Assembly (NCBI GenBank): GCA_041946805.1
Contig: JBHGBC010000048.1
Coordinates: 1-38,088 of the forward strand
Length of the DNA stretch: 38,088 bases
Source of the DNA: a bacterium
GTDB taxonomy: Bacteria > Hinthialibacterota > Hinthialibacteria > Hinthialibacterales > Hinthialibacteraceae
Direction: 5' to 3'
Positions 1 through 10,640 of the stretch are shown piece after piece. Position 1 is the stretch's first letter, and every line of letters starts with the position of its first letter. A program made the position numbers and the translations under genes. The notes below the pieces were generated by a model. That model had not been told where the DNA came from and searched no databases. It saw only the letters and a list, made by a program, of their open reading frames with translations.

Positions 1-22
1 AGTGATTACTTTTCGATTTCTT

Positions 23-254
23 CCCAGGGCTGAAGCCCTGGGCTAGTTTAATCGCGCCGGGGGCGCTTGAAACAGCACATCATCAAGGCAAATAATCTTT
101 TTCCCGTAGGTTAAAACCTACGGCTTCTCAACGGGATCCCCTTCGGGGATCCGCCACGGCAGCGGCCTGGGTGGATTACGCGTGGATCAAGGCACCCTAC
201 GTTTCCTGGAGCAGGATTTTGATGGGTTACGCGCTTCGCGCTAACCCATCCTAC
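23..254. repeat. Cluster of short REP-like palindromes downstream of thiC
   Basis: Inverted repeats read directly: CCCAGGGC-tgaa-GCCCTGGG (23-42), CCGTAGGTT-aa-AACCTACGG (104-123), GGATCCCC-ttc-GGGGATCC (134-152), and GATGGGTTA-cgcgcttcgcgc-TAACCCATC-CTAC (221-254). The last reads GTAG plus palindrome on the minus strand, the layout of GTAG-family REPs. Confidence 0.7.
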
Positions 255-286
255 TTTTAGAACTCCTCTTCCCGCAGGATTTGCGC

Positions 287-1714
<1,428 letters not shown>

Positions 1715-1756
1715 TCACCGGCGCGGATCGTGATAATTCGGAGAGAAAGGAGCGGG

Positions 1757-1785
1757 AACGAAACGAGCCACCGGATGGTGGCTCG
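1757..1785 (-). terminator. Candidate attenuator hairpin (riboswitch expression platform)
   Basis: Perfect 9-bp stem CGAGCCACC/GGTGGCTCG (1764-1785) between the aptamer and the thiC start. On the minus strand it is followed by a short, interrupted U-tract (TTTCGTT). Confidence 0.5.
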
Positions 1786-1818
1786 GGAAGGGATTTCCAG
1801 GATGAACCAGGAACTCCG

Positions 1819-1906
1819 TCGCTTCCCTCCGCCGGTATGATCCGGATCAGGTTCGAGGGGTATCTCCACGCAAGAGATTCTCAGGGCCGCGGCCCACCCC
1901 CAGCGA
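1819..1906 (-). promoter_or_regulatory. TPP (THI-box) riboswitch aptamer
   Basis: The minus strand reads TCGCT-GGGGGTG-GGCCGCGGCC-CTGAGA-...-ATACCCC-TCGAACCTGATCCGGATCATACCGGCGGAGGGA-AGCGA. It contains the conserved CUGAGA and GAACCUGAU...AU.CC.GCG.AGGGA elements with P1 TCGCT/AGCGA, upstream of thiC. Confidence 0.95.
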
Positions 1907-1915
1907 GCGGAATAA

Positions 1916-1944
1916 ATCCTAGATGAAGACGGGCGGGTTGTCAA
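1916..1944 (-). promoter_or_regulatory. Sigma70-type promoter for the riboswitch-thiC transcript
   Basis: Minus strand TTGACA (1944-1939), 17-nt spacer, TAGGAT (1921-1916). The predicted start near 1909 falls a few nt before the aptamer 5' end. Confidence 0.8.
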
Positions 1945-1962
1945 TTGTGGATTCCCACTCTC

Positions 1963-3507
1963 TCATGGGAACCGGCCGTCGTATGTCCGGTCTGGATGCA
2001 ATTCCACCGGCAATGGCAGATCATCCCGGGCGAACAGAAACCAGAAGGCGTCCTGGTAAACCACTTTCCAGCCCGGTTCCTCGAGCAGAATCCGCCGCAA
2101 AGGTATCTGGACCGGAGTCAGGATGTAATCCCGCGCGTACTTGGGCAGCAACGTCCGCCACTCCGGATATCCCATAAATAACCGGTATTGTTCTTCAGCC
2201 ACAGACTCGGGATAGACCGCCTCATACCGGCTGTCGAGGGAAACCTTCACACGGGGATAGAGTTTCCACATCGCGTACGCGCCCCAATCGAAGGGAATCA
2301 ACAAACATCCTTCCGCGTGATGGGCCGATAAATAATCCACGGCCCCCACGGGATACACCGCGTGCGGTCCCCACGCGGGACGCGGACTGCCCGGAACCTG
2401 AAGTTTCCATGGCTGCAAAGGGATAAGCCATATCACGAAGAGAGCCACTACCATAGACCAGAACACCAGCAAAAACGCCCGGAAATTCGCGTAGGCGCGC
2501 GTGAAGGCTTCACCCAAGGGAGACGATTGGATCCACCCCGGTACAAACTGGGTCCATACGATCGCGTAAAAGCACAGCAGCCGGTTGGACCGCCACGAGG
2601 CCAGGAGCAAAAGCATCAACAGGGGAAGGCCGTCCGCGTTTTTGATGCCCCGGACATACGCCCCATACCCCGCCAACAGGGCGGACAAAAACAAGATGGC
2701 GAGTTGCAACACCAAACGGCCTTCATAAAGGGATTGCCATTCCATGATCCGGGGGCGCGGCATGAGCAACGCCTTCCCCAGATACGTGACATAATCAATG
2801 CCATACGGATTCACGAAGGCCAGTAGAATCATCAGGCCCCCCACTCCAGCCAAGCGCCAATGCGGGCGGCCCTTCCACCCTTGCTCGATCCACCACAAAA
2901 AGACGATCCCGAATCCCAAGACGAATCCCGCGTGCACATTGACCCACGCCACGTACAGAACCAGCCAAAGGGGAATCCAGAACCGCCGCCCCCGCTTGTC
3001 GTACTCCAAAAACAGCAGCAACAGCGCCACCAGCCCGAACGAATAGAGCTGGGCGCGGATGGTTGAAAATCCGCGGTCGATCAACAAAATGCCGAGGGGA
3101 GCCAACAGAAACAACGTACAGGAATCCGCCCCCCGCAACCGCGCTCCCCCAATCACGAAAAGAACCATCGAGGCCGCCAGCATCAGGCGTGCGGTCAGAA
3201 TCCCCGCCCCGCCGAACCATTCCGTCAATCCATACGCGATCACTCCCGCCCCCCACTCATGATGAATCAAGGGAACGGTCTCCGTGTACGCGAACGGATC
3301 CCGGTAGGGAAAAGCACCGGTATTCACATATTCACGGAAGAAGGCCATCTGATGCCACAAGTCCGGATCCACCACCGCCGCCCCCATCCGGTAGGCGAAG
3401 ATCAAAAGCAATCCCAGGGCCGAGAGGACATGCAGCCATCGGTCCGGCCGAACGGCAGGGTTGTTCCCGGGAGCGGTTGGCATCGGATTGGGTGGATACC
3501 TCCTCAT
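1963..3507 (-). CDS. Polytopic membrane protein, GT-C-fold glycosyltransferase-like
   Basis: 514 aa with many hydrophobic segments. Acidic loop DPDLWHQ...HHEW follows TM1, with RAQLYSF and WVNVHAGF, then a soluble C-terminal domain (WGAYAMW, DSRYEAVYP). ATGA overlap with the upstream DUF4416 stop. Function is inferred from topology only. Confidence 0.6.
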   Translation of the reverse strand: MRRYPPNPMPTAPGNNPAVRPDRWLHVLSALGLLLIFAYRMGAAVVDPDLWHQMAFFREYVNTGAFPYRDPFAYTETVPLIHHEWGAGVIAYGLTEWFGGAGILTARLMLAASMVLFVIGGARLRGADSCTLFLLAPLGILLIDRGFSTIRAQLYSFGLVALLLLFLEYDKRGRRFWIPLWLVLYVAWVNVHAGFVLGFGIVFLWWIEQGWKGRPHWRLAGVGGLMILLAFVNPYGIDYVTYLGKALLMPRPRIMEWQSLYEGRLVLQLAILFLSALLAGYGAYVRGIKNADGLPLLMLLLLASWRSNRLLCFYAIVWTQFVPGWIQSSPLGEAFTRAYANFRAFLLVFWSMVVALFVIWLIPLQPWKLQVPGSPRPAWGPHAVYPVGAVDYLSAHHAEGCLLIPFDWGAYAMWKLYPRVKVSLDSRYEAVYPESVAEEQYRLFMGYPEWRTLLPKYARDYILTPVQIPLRRILLEEPGWKVVYQDAFWFLFARDDLPLPVELHPDRTYDGRFP

Positions 3508-4040
3508 TCACCCGCGGCGGATGGTTTCTTCAACTGGGCCTGATGGATTTTTCGGACCGCCAGAAAGAAATCTTTATGGTGAAAATAATCCAGGTAAGTC
3601 CAGGGCAGGCGGGTGAAATCCCCGCGGGCGTAGACCATGGTGACTTCCCCGTAGATCCCCCGGCCCAGGTAAATCCGCTGGCTGAAATTCTTGGTGCTGG
3701 CCAGCACCAGGTTGGATTCGCCGAGATAGCCGGGATCGAGGTTGATCCGCCGCCGGCCGCTTTCGGATAATTGCTCCTCCCAGAGGTTGGACAACTGCTT
3801 ACAGTGGACCAGGACATCCGGTTCCTGTAATTCCTGGAGCGAAACATAACAACGGGTGAGTTCCGTCCCCATTTCCTCCTCATAATAGGCGGTTTCGACA
3901 AAGGGATAATGCTCGCTTGCCCGGTCGATGGGCCCGAAGTACGCTTCGATCCGTTGGCGGGCTTCATCCCACACGTGCAAATCCTTAAACAACACGCCAT
4001 AGATCAACTTGACTTTTTGGGGTGAATGAATCTTCCCCAC
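3504..4040 (-). CDS. DUF4416 family protein
   Basis: 178 aa with YYEEEMG, RRINLDPGYL, LASTKNFSQRIYLGRGIYGEVT and LPWTYLDY motifs. GTG start preceded by AAGGAG. Confidence 0.85.
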   Translation of the reverse strand: MGKIHSPQKVKLIYGVLFKDLHVWDEARQRIEAYFGPIDRASEHYPFVETAYYEEEMGTELTRCYVSLQELQEPDVLVHCKQLSNLWEEQLSESGRRRINLDPGYLGESNLVLASTKNFSQRIYLGRGIYGEVTMVYARGDFTRLPWTYLDYFHHKDFFLAVRKIHQAQLKKPSAAGE

Positions 4041-4154
4041 GGAATCCGGCTCCTTTCTATTATCCCTTCCCCATACATCACATTTTCGACATTATAACCA
4101 AATAGCTGCAGACCATAGGAACAGATTGAAATACATATATAAACATTCCACACC

Positions 4155-5786
4155 ATGAAAACAAGCGCTCCACGTTATTCATATCTCTCCCTGCCCCTCG
4201 CCTTCCCCGCGGTAGTGCTTGCGGTCACGGCCCTCGGCTTGGAACTCTGGATTTATTTCCGCACCGGGCGCTTTGGTTATCCGCTCGACGATCCCTATAT
4301 TCATCTGGCCATGGCCCGGCATTTCGCCGAAAGCGGTGTCTTCGGCGTCTCCCTGGCGGGATTCAGCGCCTCATCCTCTTCTCCGTTGTGGACCCTGCTG
4401 GTGGCCCTGAGTTTCCGGATATTCGGCCATCACGAAATCATCCCTTTTTTGTTGAATCTTGGCGCTGCGGCGCCGTTGGGGTTTCTGCTGACGCGCCACG
4501 CCGCCCGTCATTGGAATGCCGAATGGAAAGCGGCGGCGGCCACGTCGCTTTTTCTGTTTATCCTGCCGTTGCCCACGCTGACCGGCCTGGGCATGGAACA
4601 CACGCTGCATATTCTCCTGATCCTGCTTCTGGTCAACCGGGTCTGTCATCCTCCCCGCGAATCCAGGAGTTTCACGAGCCATTTCCATCTCTTTTTCCTC
4701 GGTTTCGCGGCCACTCTGACACGTTACGAAACCGTCTTCGTGGCCGCTCCGCTCCTTCTGGTATTGGCGCTCCGGCGGAATTGGACCACGGCGGCTGTCT
4801 TGGCCGCGGCTTGCGCGCTGCCCATCGTGATGATCGGGGAAATCAACCTATGGCTCGGTTGGCATTTCTTCCCCAACTCCATCCTGATGAAAAGCGTGCT
4901 GGGCGTATCGGGGTGGGACCAGGTGATTCAAATCGCCAAACGTTTATACGGCCAGTTGTTTGGATCCCCCCACCTGCTGCTCCCCTTCGTGTTCTCGATG
5001 GGGGCCGGCCTCTCCGCCTTGCGCGGCGATCCGGGTTTTACCTCCCCCGCCACCGTACGCAATTTCGTGTTTCCCGTGGCATTGGTGCTGCATTGTTCCC
5101 TGGCTCTGATCGGCTGGTTTTACCGCTACGAGGCTTACCTCTTGGCTTTGGCCTGGATGGCGCTGGTTCCATTTATCCACACTCCCACACGATGGTATCG
5201 TGACGTCTGGTTCGCCGCCACGCCTTTCTTGAACCGAGCCGTCATTCGGACCGCATTGGCAGGCAGTCTTTTTCTTGGATTGGTTCCTTATTGGGATAAT
5301 CTGCAATCCATCCGGCTGATCGGGCCGGGGGCGGAGAACGTACACCACCAGCAATACCAGATGGGACTGTTTCTACGCACGTATTACCATGGCGCGACAG
5401 TGGCCGCCAACGACATCGGGGCGATCAACTATCTGGCCGACATCGAATGCCTGTATCTGATGGGATTGGGCAGCCGCGAACCGGGTTGGGCGAATTCGCA
5501 AGGGCGGTGGGGATCGGCCTTCATCGAATCCTGGTGCCGGCAGCGGAACGCCGTGATCGCGGTGATTTATGAAAGCTGGCTTCGACGGGGCCTTCCGGAT
5601 TCCTGGATCAAAATCGGTGAGTGGACGGTGGAGCAAAAAGTGACGGTCGCCGATACCACCGTCTCCTTCTTCGCCCTCACACCGGAAGAAGCGCCCCGGC
5701 TGCGGGCCCGCCTGGAAGAGTTCGCGGCCCGGTTGCCGGCGGGTGTTCAAGTGAAATATATGGATGCCGTGAAAAATCCGGAATGA
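4155..5786 (+). CDS. Polytopic membrane protein, GT-C-fold glycosyltransferase-like
   Basis: 543 aa. LDDPYIHLAMARHF loop after TM1, then SSSPLWTLL, GMEHTL, LTRYE, and a C-terminal soluble domain with NDIGAINY. The DD motif in the first external loop is typical of GT-C enzymes. Confidence 0.65.
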   Translation: MKTSAPRYSYLSLPLAFPAVVLAVTALGLELWIYFRTGRFGYPLDDPYIHLAMARHFAESGVFGVSLAGFSASSSSPLWTLLVALSFRIFGHHEIIPFLLNLGAAAPLGFLLTRHAARHWNAEWKAAAATSLFLFILPLPTLTGLGMEHTLHILLILLLVNRVCHPPRESRSFTSHFHLFFLGFAATLTRYETVFVAAPLLLVLALRRNWTTAAVLAAACALPIVMIGEINLWLGWHFFPNSILMKSVLGVSGWDQVIQIAKRLYGQLFGSPHLLLPFVFSMGAGLSALRGDPGFTSPATVRNFVFPVALVLHCSLALIGWFYRYEAYLLALAWMALVPFIHTPTRWYRDVWFAATPFLNRAVIRTALAGSLFLGLVPYWDNLQSIRLIGPGAENVHHQQYQMGLFLRTYYHGATVAANDIGAINYLADIECLYLMGLGSREPGWANSQGRWGSAFIESWCRQRNAVIAVIYESWLRRGLPDSWIKIGEWTVEQKVTVADTTVSFFALTPEEAPRLRARLEEFAARLPAGVQVKYMDAVKNPE

Positions 5787-5787
5787 G

Positions 5788-8700
5788 TCAATTTCCCGCT
5801 TCGGGCGGTGTGTAGCGGTACCGGTTGTTGGCGTGGGTTTCTTCATCCACGATTTCGTCCGGATCGGCAATGATTTCCAGATACGCGAAGCCGGCGGGAA
5901 CGCGGATCCCCCCGAACGATTGGCGCTGCCCCGGATCGAGATCGTAGAGTTTGGGAATTCGAATGGTCTCCAACTCCGAACGGCCGGGTTGTTTGAGCGC
6001 CAGTTCCACGATGATCTTCTCGGCGCGGCTTTCGCCCTGGTTGTGGATTTCAAAATAGATCTGGCAACGCCGGCCGTCTTCGATCGGCTGAATTTCAAAC
6101 CGGCTCGCGTCCACCACGAGATCGGCTTTTTTCGATACCGTGATCGTGGTGGAAAGGGAACGCTCCCGGGGATCTTCCCGCGGAATCCGCCGGTCGGGAT
6201 CGATCACCAGGGTCAGCATTTGCGGCCCGGCGTTGCCGATGGGATCCCAGCGCACGCGGACCGGAATTTCCTGGCCGGGATCGAGGCGGTCCACCACGGC
6301 CCCCCGCCGCCCGACGGACACTTCCAGCTCTTTTTTTCCTGTCTCGCCGGTCCCGCTATAGCCGCGGATGGTAATATCCGTCGCGCTGGCGAGTCCTTGG
6401 TTGTGAACGCGGGCCTCCAGAAAAATGGTTTGGCCCGCGCGGGGTGAGGGCGGCTTGACTGTCAGCGATCCGGGGACAAAATCCAGATCGGGTAAACAAC
6501 CCGTCGTGGGAACGATCAACGGCGCAGCCGGTTTTTCGGGGGGCAAGATCACCGCGCCGTGTGTGATTCGCACCCGGCCGTCCCGGACCGCCACCGCGTC
6601 CAAGCCCACCTTGCGGATCCCGGGATTGTGTTCTCCGGTATAGGGCATCTCTCCCACAATCCGCCCGCCGGGAGCCTGCGCGGAAGTCACCGCTTCGTCC
6701 GCCACCACGCTCCGGCCGTCTTCCAGCCAGATCCGGAATCCGTTCGGCGCGTTTCCCGTGTCCGGGAGTATCCAATCGTAGGCAATTCCCCGGCCGGCAG
6801 GTTGTCCTTCTCCCTGGATCTCCACGAATTCCGGGAACTCGATGAACGGATCACCCAGGATGGTGAATTGCTCTATCGGTTCGAAACGCGGATATTGCGC
6901 CACTCCCAGCAACTGGGCGGCATAAAAGATCTGCCCCAGGGATTTGAACCGCCGGGCGAACGTGGCCTCGTGCATGGCCCGCGCCAGCACGATATGGTCC
7001 GAGGGAAAGCCGCGGCCGGTCGCCCCCACCAGGGCGATCATTCCCCCCCCGGGATGCGCCAGCATGTCCTCGCCGAGCGAGATGTTCCACTTGTCCCGCG
7101 GGTAATCGAACATGGCGGTTTCGCACGTGAATGCCCATAGCACTGGCAATTTATCGCCGTTGGTCAACTTGCGCGCGTCTGAATACTTGGATCCGCCGCC
7201 GAAGAACATGCGCTCCTCGCCCATCACGTTGGGCGCGCCATGGCCGAAATAATCCCACAGAAAAACACCCTGGTTGAGTATCGAGACGATATCCGCCGTC
7301 GCTTCCGGGCTGGTTTTGGACCGCAGGCTGATCCGCAGCCGTTCGGGGAGATAGATGTTGTCGATCAAGGGATAATCCGATATGACACGCCGGGTCAGAC
7401 GGAAGCCCGCGGGAATCCAATCCCGCGCCAGTTCGTCGGAGAACCGCTCGAAATCATCGTCCGTGAGTTGAAAGACATGATTCATCCACGGGCCGGGATT
7501 CGCCGGACGCGCGTACGCCAGGCTTTTCGAAACCAGGGTGTCAATTTCGGTGGCGGCGCGCACCGCCCAACGGGCCACCATCATGTCGGGCAGGGGATCG
7601 GGATCCTCGTCACACCGGACAAACCAATTCTCCACCGCGTAATTTTTGTTCTCCCGGAAACCGGGAACGTAATTGCGGACGTGGTTGCGATAGCGTCCCC
7701 AGTAGTCCCAGGTCGCGTCACCCACCAACTGCACATGGGAGGGCCGGGGACGGTCCCAATGCCAATACACGTACCGCAAAAAATCCCGCAGGCAGTGAGG
7801 AGACAAGCGGCCGTCCCCGAACAGATCGTACAATTCTTCCACGGCCACAAGCCGGCAGGCGTATCCCCGTTGCGCCAGATAATCCGCGTAAGGACGCAAC
7901 GACGGCCGCCAGGCGCCCGGCGAAATGAAGATCACGTCCGCCGGGCGCGTATCGGTCAGGATCGTGCGCTGTTTCAACGGTTCGATGACCGGTTCCAGGG
8001 TGACGTTCGCGACCGCGGCCCCGGCCGGCAAAAAATACACCTTCCAAGCGGCCGGGTCCGGCGGGAAGGCAACCGCTCCCGCCTCGGGCTCCGCATAGTA
8101 AATATCTCCGGTCCGCGCTTGACTCCCATCCTTCACCAGCGTTCCGGCCACCGCTCCCGGATCCCGAACCATCCACACCGAATCCGTGTTTGGGGGAATC
8201 AAAACGGCTGGATTTCCTTCGGGATTGAAATACGGTTCGCGGGAAGGAGTAACCGTTTGGCGGATCCGTAATTCCGCCCAGTCCAGGTAAAATGCCGCGT
8301 CCTCGTTGTTTTGCAGATTGGGGATATGGACATTCAGGCGCAGTGTGTTGGTCCCTTCCCGCATGGGACCTAGAGCGACGGCCATGGTGGCCGAATAGAT
8401 CCCGGCGTTGGTGCGGTAAAGATCACCGGTCAAAGGCATTCCGTTCCACTCGGCCTTCACCGCATCGGTGGCCAAATAAATGTAGCTTTGACTCGCGGCC
8501 ATCCGCAAATACAACCTGGCCGTGGCGTCGAGTATCCCCTCGGGCAACGGGATGACCAACTCTTGAGTGCCGTTTTGAACGAAATCATGCCACATCCAAT
8601 ACAGGGATTGCTCTTCGTTCTTGTCGTTGTCTTCGATGAACGCGTGGTCTTCTTCCAAATGTATCCGGCGTTCGAGGACAGAAGTGGCTTCTCCTGGCGC

Positions 8701-9633
8701 TCCGGCAGCCAATCGGGGAATCTCCCGGTGTGACTCCGCGTGGCGTGTGATCCAGGTTACGGTTTCGGGCGAGTAAGGCGAAGTGGAGCGGGGGACAAAA
8801 AACCGGATCGTGTCGTCCGGCGACAAGGCTCCACTGGGCTTCAACCGGCCGCCCTTGTCGAACACCAGGGAGGAAACCGGTTTCCGCTCGCGGAAGAGGG
8901 CCAGGGACTCGACTGGAAAGACCTCCGGAAAACGGGCCAGGACTTCGGAACCCCGCACGGACACCAATCCTTCTTCCCCGCAACGGACTTTCAGGCTGGG
9001 CGAGTCGAAATACGCGGGAAACGGCGGATAAGCGGGCGGCGTGTCCACGCTTCGGAGCGGAGGAAAATTGAGGGCCAAGTTGCTCACGACCTCCTGGATG
9101 TCCGGGGGAAATCCAGCAAACGGCGAGGGATCCAACGAGGCAAAGCGAATAACCATCTCCCCCCGGGGAAAGGCCACAGGGGACGCGCCCGCGTCCCGGA
9201 TGGGGCTATACGTGTCGTGATCGTAATATCCGGTCGGGAATTGCAGCGTCAGCACGGCCAGCCGCGCCCCGCCGAGGAGACCCAGTTCCCGCAGGATCAA
9301 CATGGGACGGCGGCCGAAGGGAGGATCCTCCGGAAAGGATCTCTCATCTCCTTCCTGGAGGCCTTCTTCCGCTTTCCGGGCGCGCCAGGTAAAGCGGGTG
9401 ATGGAATACGTCGCGTCCGCTACCGGTCCGGGAACGAACAACAAAATCCGGTGCGGCAAGGTTTCTTCGCCTTCCTGATCCCACTGGAGAACCACTTCCT
9501 CGAGGGAATTTTTTACCAGGGATATTCGGGGAGACAATAAAGGTTCCTTCATTTCCAAAGCCGGAAATGCGGGGGATACCAGCGGCAACAGATATAAGCC
9601 GAGCGAAAAAAGCGGGAGAAGGATTCGCTTCAT
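5788..9633 (-). CDS. Secreted C25-family (gingipain/PorU-like) cysteine peptidase with two C-terminal CARDB-like domains
   Basis: 1281 aa with a signal peptide. C25 core motifs VEELYDLFGDG, LRDFLRY, LVGDATWDY, YFGHG (His), FTCETAMFD (Cys), GGMIALVGAT and ILGDP. CARDB-like units PDLDF..VHNQG..IDPDRRI and ADLVV..IHNQG..DPDEIVDEETHANN. Confidence 0.85.
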   Translation of the reverse strand: MKRILLPLFSLGLYLLPLVSPAFPALEMKEPLLSPRISLVKNSLEEVVLQWDQEGEETLPHRILLFVPGPVADATYSITRFTWRARKAEEGLQEGDERSFPEDPPFGRRPMLILRELGLLGGARLAVLTLQFPTGYYDHDTYSPIRDAGASPVAFPRGEMVIRFASLDPSPFAGFPPDIQEVVSNLALNFPPLRSVDTPPAYPPFPAYFDSPSLKVRCGEEGLVSVRGSEVLARFPEVFPVESLALFRERKPVSSLVFDKGGRLKPSGALSPDDTIRFFVPRSTSPYSPETVTWITRHAESHREIPRLAAGAPGEATSVLERRIHLEEDHAFIEDNDKNEEQSLYWMWHDFVQNGTQELVIPLPEGILDATARLYLRMAASQSYIYLATDAVKAEWNGMPLTGDLYRTNAGIYSATMAVALGPMREGTNTLRLNVHIPNLQNNEDAAFYLDWAELRIRQTVTPSREPYFNPEGNPAVLIPPNTDSVWMVRDPGAVAGTLVKDGSQARTGDIYYAEPEAGAVAFPPDPAAWKVYFLPAGAAVANVTLEPVIEPLKQRTILTDTRPADVIFISPGAWRPSLRPYADYLAQRGYACRLVAVEELYDLFGDGRLSPHCLRDFLRYVYWHWDRPRPSHVQLVGDATWDYWGRYRNHVRNYVPGFRENKNYAVENWFVRCDEDPDPLPDMMVARWAVRAATEIDTLVSKSLAYARPANPGPWMNHVFQLTDDDFERFSDELARDWIPAGFRLTRRVISDYPLIDNIYLPERLRISLRSKTSPEATADIVSILNQGVFLWDYFGHGAPNVMGEERMFFGGGSKYSDARKLTNGDKLPVLWAFTCETAMFDYPRDKWNISLGEDMLAHPGGGMIALVGATGRGFPSDHIVLARAMHEATFARRFKSLGQIFYAAQLLGVAQYPRFEPIEQFTILGDPFIEFPEFVEIQGEGQPAGRGIAYDWILPDTGNAPNGFRIWLEDGRSVVADEAVTSAQAPGGRIVGEMPYTGEHNPGIRKVGLDAVAVRDGRVRITHGAVILPPEKPAAPLIVPTTGCLPDLDFVPGSLTVKPPSPRAGQTIFLEARVHNQGLASATDITIRGYSGTGETGKKELEVSVGRRGAVVDRLDPGQEIPVRVRWDPIGNAGPQMLTLVIDPDRRIPREDPRERSLSTTITVSKKADLVVDASRFEIQPIEDGRRCQIYFEIHNQGESRAEKIIVELALKQPGRSELETIRIPKLYDLDPGQRQSFGGIRVPAGFAYLEIIADPDEIVDEETHANNRYRYTPPEAGN

Positions 9634-9654
9634 GAGATAGTGAATACAACGATG

Positions 9655-10077
9655 TCAGCGAGGAATCAACTCCCATCCAACGGGAATCTGGCCTTTGGCC
9701 AGGTCTTCATAGGCGAATTCATCCAGAAACCGGTTGTTATATTCATCGACCAGAAACAACCGCTCCCCGATTTCCACAAAATCCTCCTCGCCGAAGGGGG
9801 AGGCCATTTCACTTTGCCAGGTCAAGACGCCCCGAGGGGTTTCATAGCCCAGACTCATGAGGGTGGCGGGAGCGGATTTGCGGTAGTAACGCTGCAAGGC
9901 TTGCATCAAGGGCGAATCGGAATCCTCGGGATCCCCCTCATAAAAAAAGACCGATTTCAGCGCATAGGAACGCAACAGGATTCCCTCTTCGTCCACATAA
10001 CAGACCTCGACTTGCTCTTTGATCACGGATCTTCCTCCCAGGGACCTTTCCATGGACACAAGGGAAATATGCCGCAT
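9655..10077 (-). CDS. Hypothetical protein (~140 aa, acidic)
   Basis: The ORF fills the gap between rlpA and the C25 gene on the same strand and has protein-like composition. ATG at 10077 chosen over TTG at 10086. No family recognised. Confidence 0.6.
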   Translation of the reverse strand: MRHISLVSMERSLGGRSVIKEQVEVCYVDEEGILLRSYALKSVFFYEGDPEDSDSPLMQALQRYYRKSAPATLMSLGYETPRGVLTWQSEMASPFGEEDFVEIGERLFLVDEYNNRFLDEFAYEDLAKGQIPVGWELIPR

Positions 10078-10169
10078 GGGAATCAATTATACCCGAGTCC
10101 CAAAACCGCGTCATGGCAGGGATGAAACGAGCTATGCCAGCTGGAAACCTGCACTACAAATCGGCGAAA

Positions 10170-10640
10170 TCAACGAACTTCAACCTTCACCTGAGCGAGG
10201 CCTTGCTGCTCGAAATCCAACTCACGGGCGGCGGCCAGGGAAACGTCGATGATCCGTCCTTGCACGTTGGGTCCGCGGTCGTTGATGCGGAGCACCACGG
10301 ACCGGCGGTTTTCCAGGTTGGTCACTTTGACGCGAGTGTCGAAGGGCAACGAGGGATGCGCGGCGGTCATTCCGTACATATTGAAGGACTCACCACTGGC
10401 GGTCCTTTTCCCATGAAAATCCCGGCCGTACCAGGAAGCAAGACCGATTTGCTCCATGGGGCCGTTGTATTCCCCGGAAGGGCGCTTGGCGGTTTTATGT
10501 CCGCCGCCGATACCGAAGGTCGGGATGGGGATGGGGATACGAACAATCTTGAATCCGCCGCATCCCGCCAAGGAAAAGACCAGGAAGCAAACCAATCCCA
10601 TCCGTAAAAAACGGCGCAGTGGTTTTTTTCGGTTCTTCAT
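10170..10640 (-). CDS. rlpA: Septal ring lytic transglycosylase RlpA family lipoprotein (DPBB domain only)
   Basis: Lipobox LAGC, then GLASWYG, FHGKRTASGE, TAAHPSLPF and RINDRGP..GRIIDVS.AAA motifs. No SPOR domain. ATG at 10640 is the likely start. Confidence 0.92.
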   Translation of the reverse strand: MKNRKKPLRRFLRMGLVCFLVFSLAGCGGFKIVRIPIPIPTFGIGGGHKTAKRPSGEYNGPMEQIGLASWYGRDFHGKRTASGESFNMYGMTAAHPSLPFDTRVKVTNLENRRSVVLRINDRGPNVQGRIIDVSLAAARELDFEQQGLAQVKVEVR

